64,000 nucleotides of DNA from positions 62,001 to 126,000 of the forward strand of contig MU006110.1 in assembly GCA_010093705.1 (NCBI GenBank). Reading direction: 5' to 3'. The notes below the pieces were generated by a model. The model made no database searches. It was not told the origin of the DNA and worked only from the letters and a program-made list of their open reading frames with translations. The stretch's first letter is position 1. Each line of letters begins with the position of its first letter. This document shows positions 23,467 through 37,014 of this stretch, one piece after another. Position numbers and translations under genes: made by a program. This DNA is from Patellaria atrata CBS 101060 (Eukaryota).

Positions 23467-26400
23467 TCACGAGACATGTGAGGAGGAACGAGTCAACATT
23501 TCGATGCACTTCGAGAGTAGGTTGGCTGCTTCGTGAAGCAGTTCCCACCTAGTTTTCTTGAACATATCACGAAGGAGTATTAGCATACCAAGGCATGCGT
23601 TGCGGTCCTGGACATGTTGAAGATCATCCGGAGCCGGAACACCACCGACACGTTTGAGATATCCTTGCATATCCTTCACCTTCTCGTCGTGGTTCGACAG
23701 TACGTACACTTGTTGAAGTGGGCCGTCAAGAGCATATCCATACGACCAAACAATGAGCGTTGCAAAGTACAGTACCCAAGGACGGTTTAACAGGAAATCA
23801 TCTCGCGCGGAGTAATCGAAGGCATTACCATTAGCCGGAGCATCCGTTGAGGGACGGACTAAAACATGCGACAGGAACTGTAGGGCATAGAATGTTGCGT
23901 CTCGAGCCCGAGCGGTGGGAGCCCAATTGTCCTTCATCCTCTTCTGCGCCCCGGCATAATCCTGAGGAGTCACAGCGCGACCTAGCAATCTGTTGGCACC
24001 AGCGAAGATTTGGCAGTCGACTATATCAACATGCATCGCCATGTGAGCGAGGTGGTGTAGTACTGTAGAGCTGTGGTAAACGTTATCGTCGTCCAGAGCG
24101 TTATACTGATAGACGTGGTTGGAGTAACGCTCATTTCCAGTCGACGACGACCTGTCGAAATCTCGTTTCCAGAAATCGAAAGCACGAGTGAGTGAACCTC
24201 GCCACTTATCACGGCCTCCGAGTGCTTGCGTGACTCCTAGAGAGCTCACTTGTAGGTCTCGCTGGTTCATGTGCCAAGAAACAGACAGCAAGCCAGCCAT
24301 GAGAATCATCCTACCGAAAAAGTTGGTATTGACCGTCTGACCTTGTAGCGTCTTCTTTAACCCGTCAAGAAATGTTACTGGTTTTATACCATTCTGGTGA
24401 AGACTTTGTTCAACTCGTCCAACCTCTGCTCCACTCGTTGCTGACCATAGCGCCTCGTCACAAGGCAGTGGAAGTCTCATCTCGTGAGCCACCATTACAG
24501 CCGAATGCCCGAACATCGTGGCGTGAATGGAGTCCATAACAAAAGCTGCAAATGCAGCACGTCGAGTGGCTTCATTGGTAACCCAATGATTCCACCATTC
24601 GTCCGGCGTAGTGGCCCCGGAGTGGCTGGATCCATTGATACCCTTCCCATCCTTAACACTGGGAGGAGAGTCTAGCGCAGAGCGACCGATTAGCGAACTT
24701 CCTCGGCGCATGAGTGTTAGTGTTGTCGCATGGTGGATGTGTGCTCGTTCGTGAAGCGGGCGTGTTGAGTACATCTTCTCAAAGATCTCTAGCAACAAGA
24801 GTGCCTGGAACACCCACAATTTGGCAGGAGGTCTGAAGTCAGCATCCATAAAGATCTCCCAGCGCAAGTGCCAAGCTAAGAAGGCAGACAGTTCGGAAGA
24901 AGCGGAAGTCACTTGAAGCCCATGGCTTTTCTCCAGACAGGACGCTCCCAGGGCCATGATTGCTATAAGAAGCAAGTCAGGACAAGTTGCTGCAGAAAAG
25001 GTAGGTCTGTGCAAAATGGGTAACTGAGGATGAAAGTGCACCCAGTAGGAGCTGATGTAGGTTTGCATCATGTGCAGACTAAGGACGTGGCTATCATCAT
25101 TCATATTGCCTTCCATAAGCTCAACCTTCTGCTTCTTGACAGGAGCATGGTCGGTTTCGTTGAATCGGACCTCGATAAGTTCCAGCAGACGCTGACGCTT
25201 CTCTTCTGACAATGCGGCTTCAGGAAGACTAGTGTCTAAGATACTGTTTACGGCCATGGGATGTTGTGGAGGAGCGGGTTGAGAGAAGTACCCACTCACA
25301 ACAGGATCGTAAGCAAAGTATGGGCCTTGAAGTCCAATCTGAGCAGATCCCGTCAAGTTTTGCTGACCGCCAGGCGGATAGTTCATGGGAGATGCACCCG
25401 GTCCAAACTGAGCGTCGTTGAATAACCATGCAGCGAAGTCATCAGCCATTGCGAACGGAGATCTGCTGTATCCCTCACCGCCAAAGACGGGGATTGCTTG
25501 AATTGGATTCATATTATCTAGCAGCCCGCTAGTAGTGACGGTTCCCATCCTGTTATTTTCCATTTGTTGTTCATGCATTCCGCCCATCACGCCAGGTCCT
25601 GATGACGAGTAGGCATGGTCTCCCTCTTTTATCGGTACTTGACCCATAGTTTGACTCGAAGGAGGTGGGAGTGTCGCATAAGGGGGGTTGAATTGGGACT
25701 CATGTGAATACTGTGCCGGTGACTGCGGAGGATACTGGCCGTTGGTGGGTGTCCTGTAAGGTTGCGTAGGAGTAGCGGACGCGGTATAAGGGGAATTCAT
25801 GTTCATACTCTGCACGCTACCGCCACTCACTGATCCCTGGGTATGTAACGTCGGTCTAACGAATCCGTCGTTGCCGGTGTGAGGTGATTGCGCTGGCCTA
25901 TTCTGTTGCGCGCTACCATAACTTGTACGGCGTTGAAGAGAATTGAAGCCAGGCGCTCGCTGATGATTGTTACTCGAGTCGAAACCTCGTGCCGGATTAG
26001 CAGGACCACGGTAACTCTCATCGGCGGTAGAACGATTGAAGTGGGCAGTCCCTCCCCTCATATCCATCGGTAAAGGGTGATGTAACGGATGAGAGGGGTC
26101 CATTGGGGGAGATTGTTCGGATCCTAAAGTTGCTGAGCTTGGGTGAGCAGAAGCAGGAGATTGAACCATATATCCTCGATCGGACGGTTGCACCTATACC
26201 TATAGTTAGTATATATTTCAAGGCATTTTCTCACTTTTCGGATATAACGGCTATATCTTCGTACCGTGGGGGAATTGCCTGGCGGTTTGCCAAGATAACC
26301 ATTTCTGGCCGCCATTGAAGCTGTCACGATAGGATTGACATTGTGCATCAGCGTATCCTTCCGCAATAGTTGAGAGCCTCGAGCTGTATGTCGTTCCTTG

Positions 26401-26953
26401 TGGCGCGCGCATAGATCCTGTCTGACGAATGATCGATTGCATTCGGGAAAATCGCAGTAGTAAATTTGCTTAGGGTTATCTGTTGATGTTAGCGCACGAA
26501 CATGTCAAAAGTGGCACTCCTATAGTAATGCAAATCCTGATTGAAATTGTTTCTGGCGACAGCTTCTCTTGTATCTTTCGAAGGATTCGGAAATTCGCAC
26601 TTACGATTCAACTGGTGTCGGTAGAGGTGTTCCGCCCTTGAGTAACTCTTCGTGCAACCTTCATGGGGACAGTGAAATTTCTTATCTAGTCCTTTTCTAC
26701 TCCTCCTTCGTTTCCTCGAGCCTGGTGGACCACCGTCTTCTCCATCACCGGAGCCGTCCCCATCCTCGTCGCCATTCTCGTTGTCCCGCGTACGGCGCCT
26801 ACCTCTTGCTTCATCCTTTGATGGCGATTCGGCCGTGACATTGTTCATGGGCTGTGTTTCTGGTTGCGCCGCTCCTGGAGCTGGTGGAGGGTCCATGGTC
26901 TTATTGAAATCCGCCATATGTCCCGTCTGCATTGAGAGTACTTGTGTGGTCAT
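23467..26953 (-). CDS. C2H2 zinc finger + fungal-specific TF domain protein (Zas1/Tda9-like), 3 exons
   Basis: Finger 1 is FHCPHEGCTKSYSRAEHLYRHQLNH. Finger 2, in the spliced exon at about 26250-26479, is YYCDFPECNRSFVRQDLCARHKERH. Fungal_trans motifs YWVHFHPQLPILHRPTF and LPLPCDEALW are present. Confidence 0.9.
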
Positions 26954-29900
26954 CGCAGATCGGTAGACGGACCTAGTTCAAGGATGAGGTCGAAAGGCCT
27001 AACTAGCTCTTTCAGCAACCGAAAGATTACTACAGCATCTGTCGGAGATTGGCGGGTTGTCTCAAAGAGGGAGTTGAAGAGACCGGTAAGAGAGAAGCAG
27101 ACAGCCAACTTTTCGGGGTAGCGCAAGCAGAGTCGCTCCAGAACGATAGATAGGTGCCTGGCAAGGGGGTTTTAGATGCTTCGGAAATGTTGCAGGAAAC
27201 CCAAGGTGTAGAGATAATGTCCTAGCGTAGACAGCAGGGGTGGCTGATAGCAGAGGACTCGATACCTTTCGGCGCGGAGACGTGTCTGGGGCTCGTCCTT
27301 AGGAGTGGAGTGGAGTGGAGCGGAACGTGATAGTTTCGCGCGATGGGGAGGAGATCAGTGAGGAAGGGTATTCGGGAAGAGATGAGAATGGTAATGTGCG
27401 TGGGGAAGAGTGTGCGCTTCAAGATGAGAAGAGCATGGTGTGGTGGGAGTGATACCGTGAGCGCTACAGAGTAAGTACATCGAATGCTAGGTACACCTCA
27501 GTGAGGTAGAGGCGATTTCTGGCTGACAGCTTAAACTTACAGGCGCACGGGACCGTGGGCCCGCAGCCTGAAGCACAAGGTTCCAGCGCGACAGCCGCCA
27601 GATAACGCTCAATAAACAGCTTAACAGCCTCCAGACACCTGCAACTGCAAGAGGTAAGCTGGGACTTGGGTGAGGGTGTGGAACTGTGTGCGATGCATTT
27701 GTCCGAATTATCCTTGAATCAATTCAATATAGGATGTACTCGTAGAACTATACATACAAATGTATGATATACCCCTATACTCAAAAGCATGGGAACATAT
27801 TCATCCCATCTATAGATACACGGACCATCCTAATTGTATCCTATACTCCGTACAGCATCTAACATTCCATACATACTACTCCGTATATTGTAGCTACTTT
27901 GTATATATGTCGAGTTGGATGTGAGCGAAACCCCCGCCTCCTTTCCGGCTGATAAAGAAGAGTCTGGGGTGCCTGTGCTGCCGACAAACTGCGACCAAGA
28001 CCCAATTATCGGCTCGGCTGTGGGAGGGGAGGCCACGAGGAGAGCGACATGTTTGAGCGACCTGACATGGAGATCATCGCTTCTCCACACGAAGAGAAAA
28101 TTTGGGGTTCTGCGTGACACACCTAGAGGCGGGCGCACTTCTGACGGCATAGATCGATAGATGCGCCGCCCCTTTTTTTGGCTTCTCTGCCCTCAACAAC
28201 CAGGTGGAAAGTGTGGAGAAAGAGTGTCCCTTCCCCAGCTGTAAGATCGAACAAACCCCGACATCGATGTGTCGAGTGTGTGGGGACAGGATGGGAGGAT
28301 GGGGGTTTGCAAGCTGAAGAGTTGCTCCTTCAGTTCCCTCAGCTCCCTCAGCTCCCTCAGGACCCCTCTGTGTACCCCCTCTTGCGCTCTGTAGGAAAAG
28401 TGGAACACCCGCCGGAAAGGCTCCCCACTCTCCATGGCCCCCAAACTTGAAAGCACAGGCATCTTGATATGGGGGCAGCGTGGGGGTCCATACATATCTC
28501 GTAAATCTATCATCAAAAGTCTCTTCAAGTCTTGAGCCTGTCAAATGGCAGTTCGAGCGCTTAATTTCGCTTCTGTCTTATCCAACCGCAGCCGCGATGG
28601 CAGATATCCAGCATAAATAGAGATAAAATAGTCCCCTTTCCATCCTGTTATCCTGTAGAGTCTCAGAAAAGACACAATTATCTGCACAGGATCACTCTTC
28701 CATTATCGTGCATCACTCTCTTGCATGAAAACAATCCTGCACACACTCCTGGATACAGCAAAATTTTAAACTTTCAGCCCCTTCGCACATAGAGTGATGC
28801 TGTGATTACCGTCGCGCCCTCCTCCTCCAACTCCCCGTCCGCCCAGTCCCCGTACTTGTTCCTTTCGGAAATCTTTTTTATCTCGCCTATGGAAAATTGA
28901 AAACGCTAAAAGTGTAAACGTTTTGGTGAACTTGCATAGACGCCACCAGTCCTTTGGCTTGATAGGGGAGGCTTCCAAGAATCTCATTCGCAGCCTATGA
29001 GAGTTCCGTTTAGGAGTAACAAACAGGGCCCCTGTGTTGGCAACCTCTTCTTGTTTCCTAGCAAAAGTTTTCCTGATAGGGCCTACGGCGAGCCTCTTGC
29101 TTTGAAGCCGCAATGTGGTCCGGAGAAAGGCTGAAGATTATTTGCGTGGCGTGTGGAGAAGATCCACATACGCACTGTAGAACTACAGTATTAACGAAGG
29201 ATCGAAAACATAAGATCCGGTGACAGCGGCAAGTCTGCTGGAAAAGGTACCTGCTCGTGCGATCAACAAGTTAACGATTTCATAATGGTTTCCAGCAAAG
29301 GTAGAAGAAAATGTATATAATTGGCCAATGGCAAGTCCAAACTTTTTATGCTTTTTTCCTTCATCTCATCATCACCTCGGGGACTACGTTTAACTTCCTC
29401 TTTAGCTGGAAACACACTCGCTAATTTAGTCATCGCAACCATTGAGCTTTCATGTTTTACGAACAACATCTCACTCTGCCAGGCCATAGTATTGCCACAG
29501 CGAAAGGACTCCAAGGACGGACTCGAGGCGTACAGTTATGTCGTCTACTGGCTTCTGCACCCTGCCGTGTCACTTTGACGGCATCATTACCCCAGACCCA
29601 GAGGACCAGACGAGGAGTAACTCCTCATTCCACAACCACGATATTGGAAATAGATCCCCCCTCTGCCTTGTCAACGGTCGATTCATTGTTGGTAGTGGTC
29701 CACATGACTGGAGCGAGAGAAGTACCTGAACATACATGGCCTTAGAGGGTGCATTTTTTTCGATTCTCTTTTAAAGTCAAAATGGTTTTGGAGACCGGTC
29801 ACTCCGTACTCCATTCAGTGTAGGATCAGAGGAGGTGGTCAGACGACCATCGGTATCACCACACGCTGAGATTGGGCGAGAACTCCTAGACAGGTCATTT

Positions 29901-30287
29901 CGTGATTTTGTACTCTTTTTTCGAAGTATGACAACCTGTTGTACTGTGTAGTATAGATCCATACCCTAACCTTGACTGTGGATGATATCCTGCATTGCGT
30001 TTAACCGTACCAATAGAGTCCGTTGCTCTGAAAAATGAAGTGCTTGCTTTCGCCTCATTCGTCAAGTACGTACTGTATCATATTTCACTGGATATGGGCT
30101 CATGCACACATATCCTTTTCTCCTTTGGCGGACCGGTATACGCGTCTTTCTGCAGGATAAAATCATATCAATAAGTCTCATTATTCTTTTAGAACCACAT
30201 TATCTTGCTGAGGAGAAAGCAAAGCTATGATTAGTTAATGCATGTCGATAGTTGGCCAGGGCGTGCTCCTGGTTTGTAAATCCGATT

Positions 30288-31016
30288 TTAATCGCTTGCT
30301 TTATACCTCCTTCGATACTCTTCCAGTCTCTTTACATCATCCTCAGTTCCCGCTCCCCTTAGAAAGTCAAGGACGTCTTCAAGCGTCAATATGCTCAACA
30401 CCGGAACACCATACTGCTTCCTGATCTCTCCAATGGCGCTCATTCGAGTAGGTTCCCCTTCGACCTCAGACATATCACCCTGCAACTCTCTCTGACTAGG
30501 AGTTTTCTCCATTCGGTCGAAAGCGACAATGATGCCCACCAATGTACCACCCTGTCTCACTATTATATCAATAGCCTCTCTTATAGCGGTTCCCGCTGTG
30601 ATGACGTCGTCAATGATGACCACTGACTTGTCCTTCATTGATGCTCCTACGATAGTTCCACCCTCACCGTGATCTTTGGCCTCCTTGCGGTTGAAGCTAT
30701 AGCTTACATTACCGTATTTCTCCTTCTGAAGTGACGTGAGCTTCCCCACTGTGGTGGCAGCAAGTGGAATTCCTTTGTATGCCGGTCCGAACAGAACATC
30801 AAACTGGACCGTACTTGTACTCAGAGTACTCGCATAAGCTTTGGATATGCTCTCAACGAGATTTCCGGTGTGAAATAGTCCAGCATTAAAAAAGTAAGGT
30901 GAGATCCGTTTAGATTTCAAGGTGAAAGTTCCAAACTTTAGCACACCATTTGAGAGGCAGTCATTGAGAAAATCGACTTTCCAAGATTCTAGAGACTTTT
31001 GATTAGACGTAGCCAT
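30288..31016 (-). CDS. URA5: Orotate phosphoribosyltransferase
   Basis: LKFGTFTLKSKRISPYFFNAG, FGPAYKGIPL, FNRKEAKDHGEGG and the PRPP motif VVIIDDVITAGTA. Confidence 0.98.
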   Translation of the reverse strand: MATSNQKSLESWKVDFLNDCLSNGVLKFGTFTLKSKRISPYFFNAGLFHTGNLVESISKAYASTLSTSTVQFDVLFGPAYKGIPLAATTVGKLTSLQKEKYGNVSYSFNRKEAKDHGEGGTIVGASMKDKSVVIIDDVITAGTAIREAIDIIVRQGGTLVGIIVAFDRMEKTPSQRELQGDMSEVEGEPTRMSAIGEIRKQYGVPVLSILTLEDVLDFLRGAGTEDDVKRLEEYRRRYKASD

Positions 31017-31264
31017 TATTGAGGATCGTATGTAGCAATGTAATTGCGATGGAGTTGAAGTTAAGGAATTATCTTCCTCCCATTATGCCCCTCTACTTAC
31101 TGTTCGGGAAAATTTGCCTACTTTAACTTATCGGCCCCGCTAGAACTAGTTTTACCGAACAACTCACAAGGCAAGTTTTCGCGGAAAACCTCGACAAAAT
31201 TTCGTCGTCCGCTTCTCTGCTATTGAACTGTCTCACACCTTACAAAACAGCAAATACCAGCAGG

Positions 31265-33353
31265 ATGAAGACGACTTGGAAAGATATCGCCCCAGTGCCG
31301 ACCTCTCAAGAATTCTTGGACATCGTCCTCAGTCGTACACAGCGTCGACTTCCAACCCAGATCCGTGCGGGCTTCAAAATATCAAGAATCCGAGCTTTCT
31401 ACACTAGGAAAGTCAAGTACACCTCTGAAACGTTCACAGAGAAGCTTCAGGCTATATTAGATGGATTTCCTAGGTTACAAGATATTCATCCTTTCCGTAA
31501 GCGACCCAGAGAGATACTCAACCTAGAATGCATAGCAGCTAATTTGCATTTCTACAGACAAGGACCTTCTGAATACCCTCTACGACTCCGATCACTTCCG
31601 AATCGCACTCGGACAACTCTCCACAGCGAAACACCTCATCGAGACTGTAGCCCGAGACTATGTTCGTTTACTCAAATATGGTCAATCTCTTTTCCAGTGC
31701 AAGCAGCTTAAGCGTGCGGCCCTTGGGCGCATGGCCACTATCTGCAAGAGGTTGAAAGACCCACTTCTATATCTCGAACAAGTCCGGCAACATTTAGGCC
31801 GTCTCCCATCCATTGATCCGAACACACGCACATTGCTCATCTGTGGGTATCCAAATGTAGGCAAGTCAAGCTTCCTCAAGGGAATTTCAAGGGCAGATGT
31901 GGATATCCAACCATACGCCTTCACGACTAAGAGCTTGTTTGTGGGGCATTTCGACTACAAGATGCTGAGGTTTCAAGCTATTGATACTCCTGGTATCTTG
32001 GACCATCCTCTCGAGGAGATGAATACCATCGAAATGCAGAGTATTACTGCTATTGCTCATTTACGATCCGCCATTCTCTATTTCTTCGATCTTTCAGAAC
32101 AATGTGGATACTCAGTGAGCGCTCAGATTGCCTTGTTCAACAGCATCAAACCGCTTTTCTCGAATAAATTAGTTTTCGTTGTCATAAACAAGATTGATCT
32201 GAGGAAACCGGAGGATCTAGAACCAGAACTTCAAGAACAACTCCAGGGTCTTCTCAAGTCTGGAGAAGTAGAAATGTTACAACTTTCATGTGCTACAACG
32301 GAAGGATTGATGCAAGTCCGAAATGCTGCATGTGATCGCCTGCTGGCACTAAGAAATGCGGAGAAGCTGGGGAAAGCAGGCACTACTGATGCCTCCCAGG
32401 CTACTGGAAGACTTGGAGATCTCATACGTCGTATTCATGTCGCTCAACCGCTGGGTGGTGTCACTCGCGAGGTCTTCATCCCGGAAGCAGCCAAGAACAA
32501 GATGAAGTACGACAAAGACGATCCGAATAGACCTAAACTAGAACGCGATATTGAGGAGGAAATGGGAGGTCCGGGTGTTTACAACATCAACCTTAAAAAG
32601 AACTATCTCCTTGATAATTCTGAATGGAAAGAAGATAAGATACCCGAGTTCCTCAACGGTCGTAACGTATACGATTTCATCGATCCAGAGATTGAGGCCA
32701 AACTCGCAGCGCTCGAGGCGGAAGAGGAAAAGCTCACAGCAGAGGGCTTTTACGATCAAAGCGACGATGATGTTGAGGATATCGAAGACGTGGAGATCAG
32801 GTACAAAGCCGAACTCATCCGTGAGAAACGGCAGTTGATCCGCAACGAGGCACGCATGAGGAAGAGTCTCAAGAACCGAGCTATGATTCCTAGGTCTCGT
32901 AAATCTAAGAATCTTTCAGAAATGGAATCGTCCCTTGATGCCCTCGGTCTCGACACTACTAATATTGCTGCTCGAGCAAGGAGCCAGTCACGCGGTCGTA
33001 GCGTTCTACGAGGTCGTTCCGAGGGCACTGGAGACGGTGATGCAATGGATGTTGATAGACCGATGAGTCTTTCCCAGAGAGCTAAGAGCAGGGGTAGGAG
33101 TCAGAGTACAAATAGGAGGGATGATGGTGTTACGAATGAAGCTGCTAGGACGCAGGCGGAGAGGCTGCTGAAGTTGGGCCAAAAAAAGATGAATAGGATG
33201 GCGAGACAGGGTGAGGCGGATAGGCACACTCCTGCGAGTCTTTCGAAGCATTTGGTAAGTTTCAACTTAAGTCGGTTCTTTTACAGTTTTAGGTTGCTAA
33301 CATATATTTAGCTCATGGGTAAGAGAGGTATTGGCAAGACGAATAGACGGTAG
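31265..33353 (+). CDS. NOG1: Nucleolar GTP-binding protein 1
   Basis: [14 protein letters not shown]1 [28 protein letters not shown] and C-terminal [14 protein letters not shown]. Introns at about 31497-31557 and 33255-33311. Confidence 0.97.
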
Positions 33354-35643
33354 GTGAACTTGATATACCCGGTGATTGTAAAAGCGGTGATGTTCCATCG
33401 TACGATGCAAGGAGTCATTTCATGGATTCTCATGGTGTAACGAGTTTCTTAGAAGCATAACAGGATCGGAGTTGATCAATAGGGGAGTGTTACTGAATAA
33501 GATGACAATCAATCAAATCACCATCCCAGAAGATGAATTAGTGCCGAATACTTTCCAGGAGCTTTTTAAAGCCCTTCCCCTATGTATCTTTTCTCCATCA
33601 ATTTCCCTCTAGCCTTAAGTGAAAGGCGGTACAGAGTGTGCAATATCGTAGCTACAGCAATTTTGTTCAGCTGTCGCCGCTGGAGCTGACATATATGATT
33701 TCCTTGTCTTGAACAATTCAGAACTCATTCATCCTCGCTATTCTTTCTTTCCCGAATAAATTTTGTGCGATAATATGGGGAGCTCATGATGAATAATTTC
33801 TCCATAGTCGCGTAGAGATGTTCTCCACCATCATCCGATCACCAGGGCTCAGATTTCCCCAAAGGGTGATTATACCTCTATCCCCTTGTACTCATCATTA
33901 TCGATGTCCTAACTTCTATGAGAACCCTTGGAGGGAATTATAAGCGTCTAACGGTACAGGAGCGAGGCGCACTCCTATTTTTTCTTTTTCTTTTTTTCTT
34001 TTTTTACTTCCACTGAATCCTAATTACTTTGATGTTAATTGCCAGTGGTGTTACAATAGAGAACTGCAAATCGTGAATTGTTCAATTCTTAGGAGAACGA
34101 GGTCGCTGTGTTTACGATAGGCAACCGATTCCGGACATATGTACAATGCAGGGTAGAATTGAAATGAGGATGTGAGAGGACACGATGACCATTGACGTGG
34201 AAGATTCTCACGAGAAGAGAATATAGATACAGGTATGTCTGATGCCGTGTGACGGTTCAGGTCGCTCCGTGAAGGAAAGCTTTTCTTATAAATCATGGGT
34301 CTATTCCCCCTCCACCAAGCTCTCAAGAAACCCTATTCCCTCAACATAAGCGGGGACTTCGACGGAAACAGGTGGTTTCTTATCGGCTATAACCTACGGA
34401 AGAGTGTATACATTGACCTCTCTAAGATCGGTCACAAGGCAAATAACGTTGTCGGTTGGGGGAGTGCGGCGGAACCTATCTTTCATACCGGTTGAAAGAG
34501 GGACCAGGATGCTCAGAAGACCGTTGAACCGTGTCCAGGGTAGTGCTATTGATGAAGATTGGGTGCAACTATTGATTTGAGTAACTAGTATTATCATCTG
34601 GAGGAGTTGAACAGAAGGTGGTTGTGAGGCGATTTTCAAGACGGGATCGCCTGAAATGGGCTAAAGTTGATAAGGGGGATATTGTTTTACGGGGATACTC
34701 TACCTACATCCCGTGGAGTAGAAAAGAGTTCATATGAAGCTCCTATTCTGTTCATGTCGGGTCACGTTAAGAGTGTACTTTACACGTTTGATATAGAAAT
34801 ATAAGGCGATTGATATTTGATAATGAGGATGATATCAGGGTTAAAACTCAAGAGAAGAGTTTTACGCTAGAAATAGTTCTAACTCAATACGGTTTCCCCC
34901 CTTCCCCCCCCTCCCCCCCTTCCCCCCCTTTTTTTCAGGGGATCAGTCATAACCACCCAGCACCCCCAACAACCCCTCTACCCCTCCACTGCCACAGTTT
35001 ACAGGCACATGTTAAGCATGACACCTTCAATTAGTTGTTGGGTAGCGAGGCGTTTATCAAAACATGTTGCGGCATTTACTGTAAGGTACATCTCCCAAAA
35101 TTACGCATGATATACTGTCAAAAGGAAGACAGACGGCCCGTCTTGCCTTGTGACTATGAAAAATTATAATTCAAGCAGAGTGACAAGCTGTGACGATGAG
35201 TTGCTTTTTGATTTACACCTGTTACAGCGGGTGGCGTCCAATAGTCAAAGGCACAATGTGGGTATGGCTGGTGAAATCTGTTGGCCGTTGTCTAGCTGTC
35301 TAGTTGTGCTTCGACTACTGGCAGAAAGGTAACCATAAGGTTGTAGGATGTGCAGAGATATGCAGGAAAGGAATCCCTTCAGATGCCTCGAGAGCCTTAA
35401 TAACCATCAAACTTCCATTCTAACTACGAGTACCTTAACGGAAGTAATACTAGTTCTAGTAAGGTAAAGGTTTGCTTGTATTGTCCCTTCCCCCCTTAGG
35501 TAGCGCTACTGCTTTTGCTACTAGGTAGGGAAACTTTTCATCACCCCTCCTTGTCCCACCGACCCTTCTCTTCTTCTACTTTTCCTCACTTTCTCCCTCT
35601 TTTTCATATTCCCCTTCATCAATCTCTGTGTCTGTGATACAAA

Positions 35644-35719
35644 GTACGTTTGTCCTTCGTCAATTCTAATCCATTCACCTCTCTCTGACATCATCTGTGC
35701 TAACAATTGCTATTTCTAG
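35644..35719 (+). other. Probable 5'-UTR intron of the mannitol-1-P dehydrogenase gene
   Basis: GTACGT donor, GCTAAC branch point and TAG acceptor, 75 nt upstream of the ATG and following a CT-rich core promoter. Confidence 0.65.
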
Positions 35720-35794
35720 CTTTCAAATAGCTACCCCACATCATCCCACCACATCTGAAAGATTTCCAGCACAAAACTTACTACAACACTCAAC

Positions 35795-37014
35795 ATGACT
35801 TTCGACAAGAAGGCTGTTCATTTCGGTGGTGGCAATATCGGCAGAGGCTTCGTTGCCGAGTAAGTTATATGCTTTTCCCTCAATATCGTGGTGCAATATC
35901 ACTGATATCGTGCAGGTTCCTCCACAACAGCGGCTATGAGGTCATCTTCGTCGATGTTATGGACAGTGTCATCAACTCCCTCAGCAGCACCCCATCTTAC
36001 ACCGTCACCGAAATTGGCGAGGATGGCGAGAGGACATTCACCATTGACCACTACCGCGCCATCAACAGCAAGTATGACGAGCCAAAGGTCATCGATGAGA
36101 TAGCTACCGCCGACAGTGTCACCTGTGCTGTTGGACCCAACATCCTAAAGTTCATCGCCCCCGTCATCGCCAAGGGTATCGAAGCACGTTCTCTTGACTA
36201 CCCTCTCGCCGTCATTGCGTGCGAGAACGCCATCGGTGCCACTGATACCCTTCGTGGCTTCATCGAACAAAAGCTCTCTGAAGACACCAAGTCTAACATC
36301 GACACCAAGGCTCGATTTGCGAACAGTGCCATCGATCGTATCGTTCCTAACCAGGATGCGAATGCTGGTCTTAACGTCAAGATCGAGAAATTCTACGAAT
36401 GGTGCGTTGACAGCACTCCTTTCAAGGGTGCTAAGCAGCCAAACATCGAGGGTGTTCACTGGGTTGACGACTTGACTCCATACATCGAGCGTAAACTCTT
36501 CACTGTCAACACTGGTCATGCTACCGCCGCCTATTACGGCTACGCTCGTGGAAAGAGTCTCATCCATGAGGCTCTCCAAGACAAGGAGATCCATGATATC
36601 GTACAGAACGTTCTTACCGAGACCGCTCACCTCATCGTGTCGAAGCATGGTATCGCAAAGGAAGAGCAACAAGACTATGTCAAGAAGATCGTCTCTCGTA
36701 TCTCAAACCCTGCTCTCGAAGACAAGGTGGAGCGTGTTGGTCGTGCTCCTCTTCGCAAGCTGAGCAGGAAGGAGAGATTCATCGGTCCTGCCGCCGCTCT
36801 GGCTGAGCGTGGAGACAAGGTCGACGGCTTGTTGGGTGCTATCGAGCAAGCCCTCCGCTTCCAGAATGTTGAGGGTGATGAGGAGAGTGTCGAGCTTGCG
36901 AAGATCTTGAAGGAGAACTCATCAACTGACGCCACTAGCAAGCTCACCGGTCTAGAGAACGATCACCCCCTCTTCTCCAAGGTTGAGGCCATCGTTAAGA
37001 AGGTCCAGGGATGA
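35795..37014 (+). CDS. mpdA: Mannitol-1-phosphate 5-dehydrogenase
   Basis: [22 protein letters not shown], intron 35860-35915, then [31 protein letters not shown] and [11 protein letters not shown]. Strong codon bias typical of highly expressed genes. Confidence 0.97.

Noticed and set aside
28074..28544. 156-aa ORF with a 9-bp repeat (EGA x3)
   Set aside because: It lies in the long upstream region of the C2H2 TF, is driven by a short repeat and has no domain evidence.
36145..36672. 175-aa antisense ORF in mpdA
   Set aside because: Expected shadow of strong codon bias.
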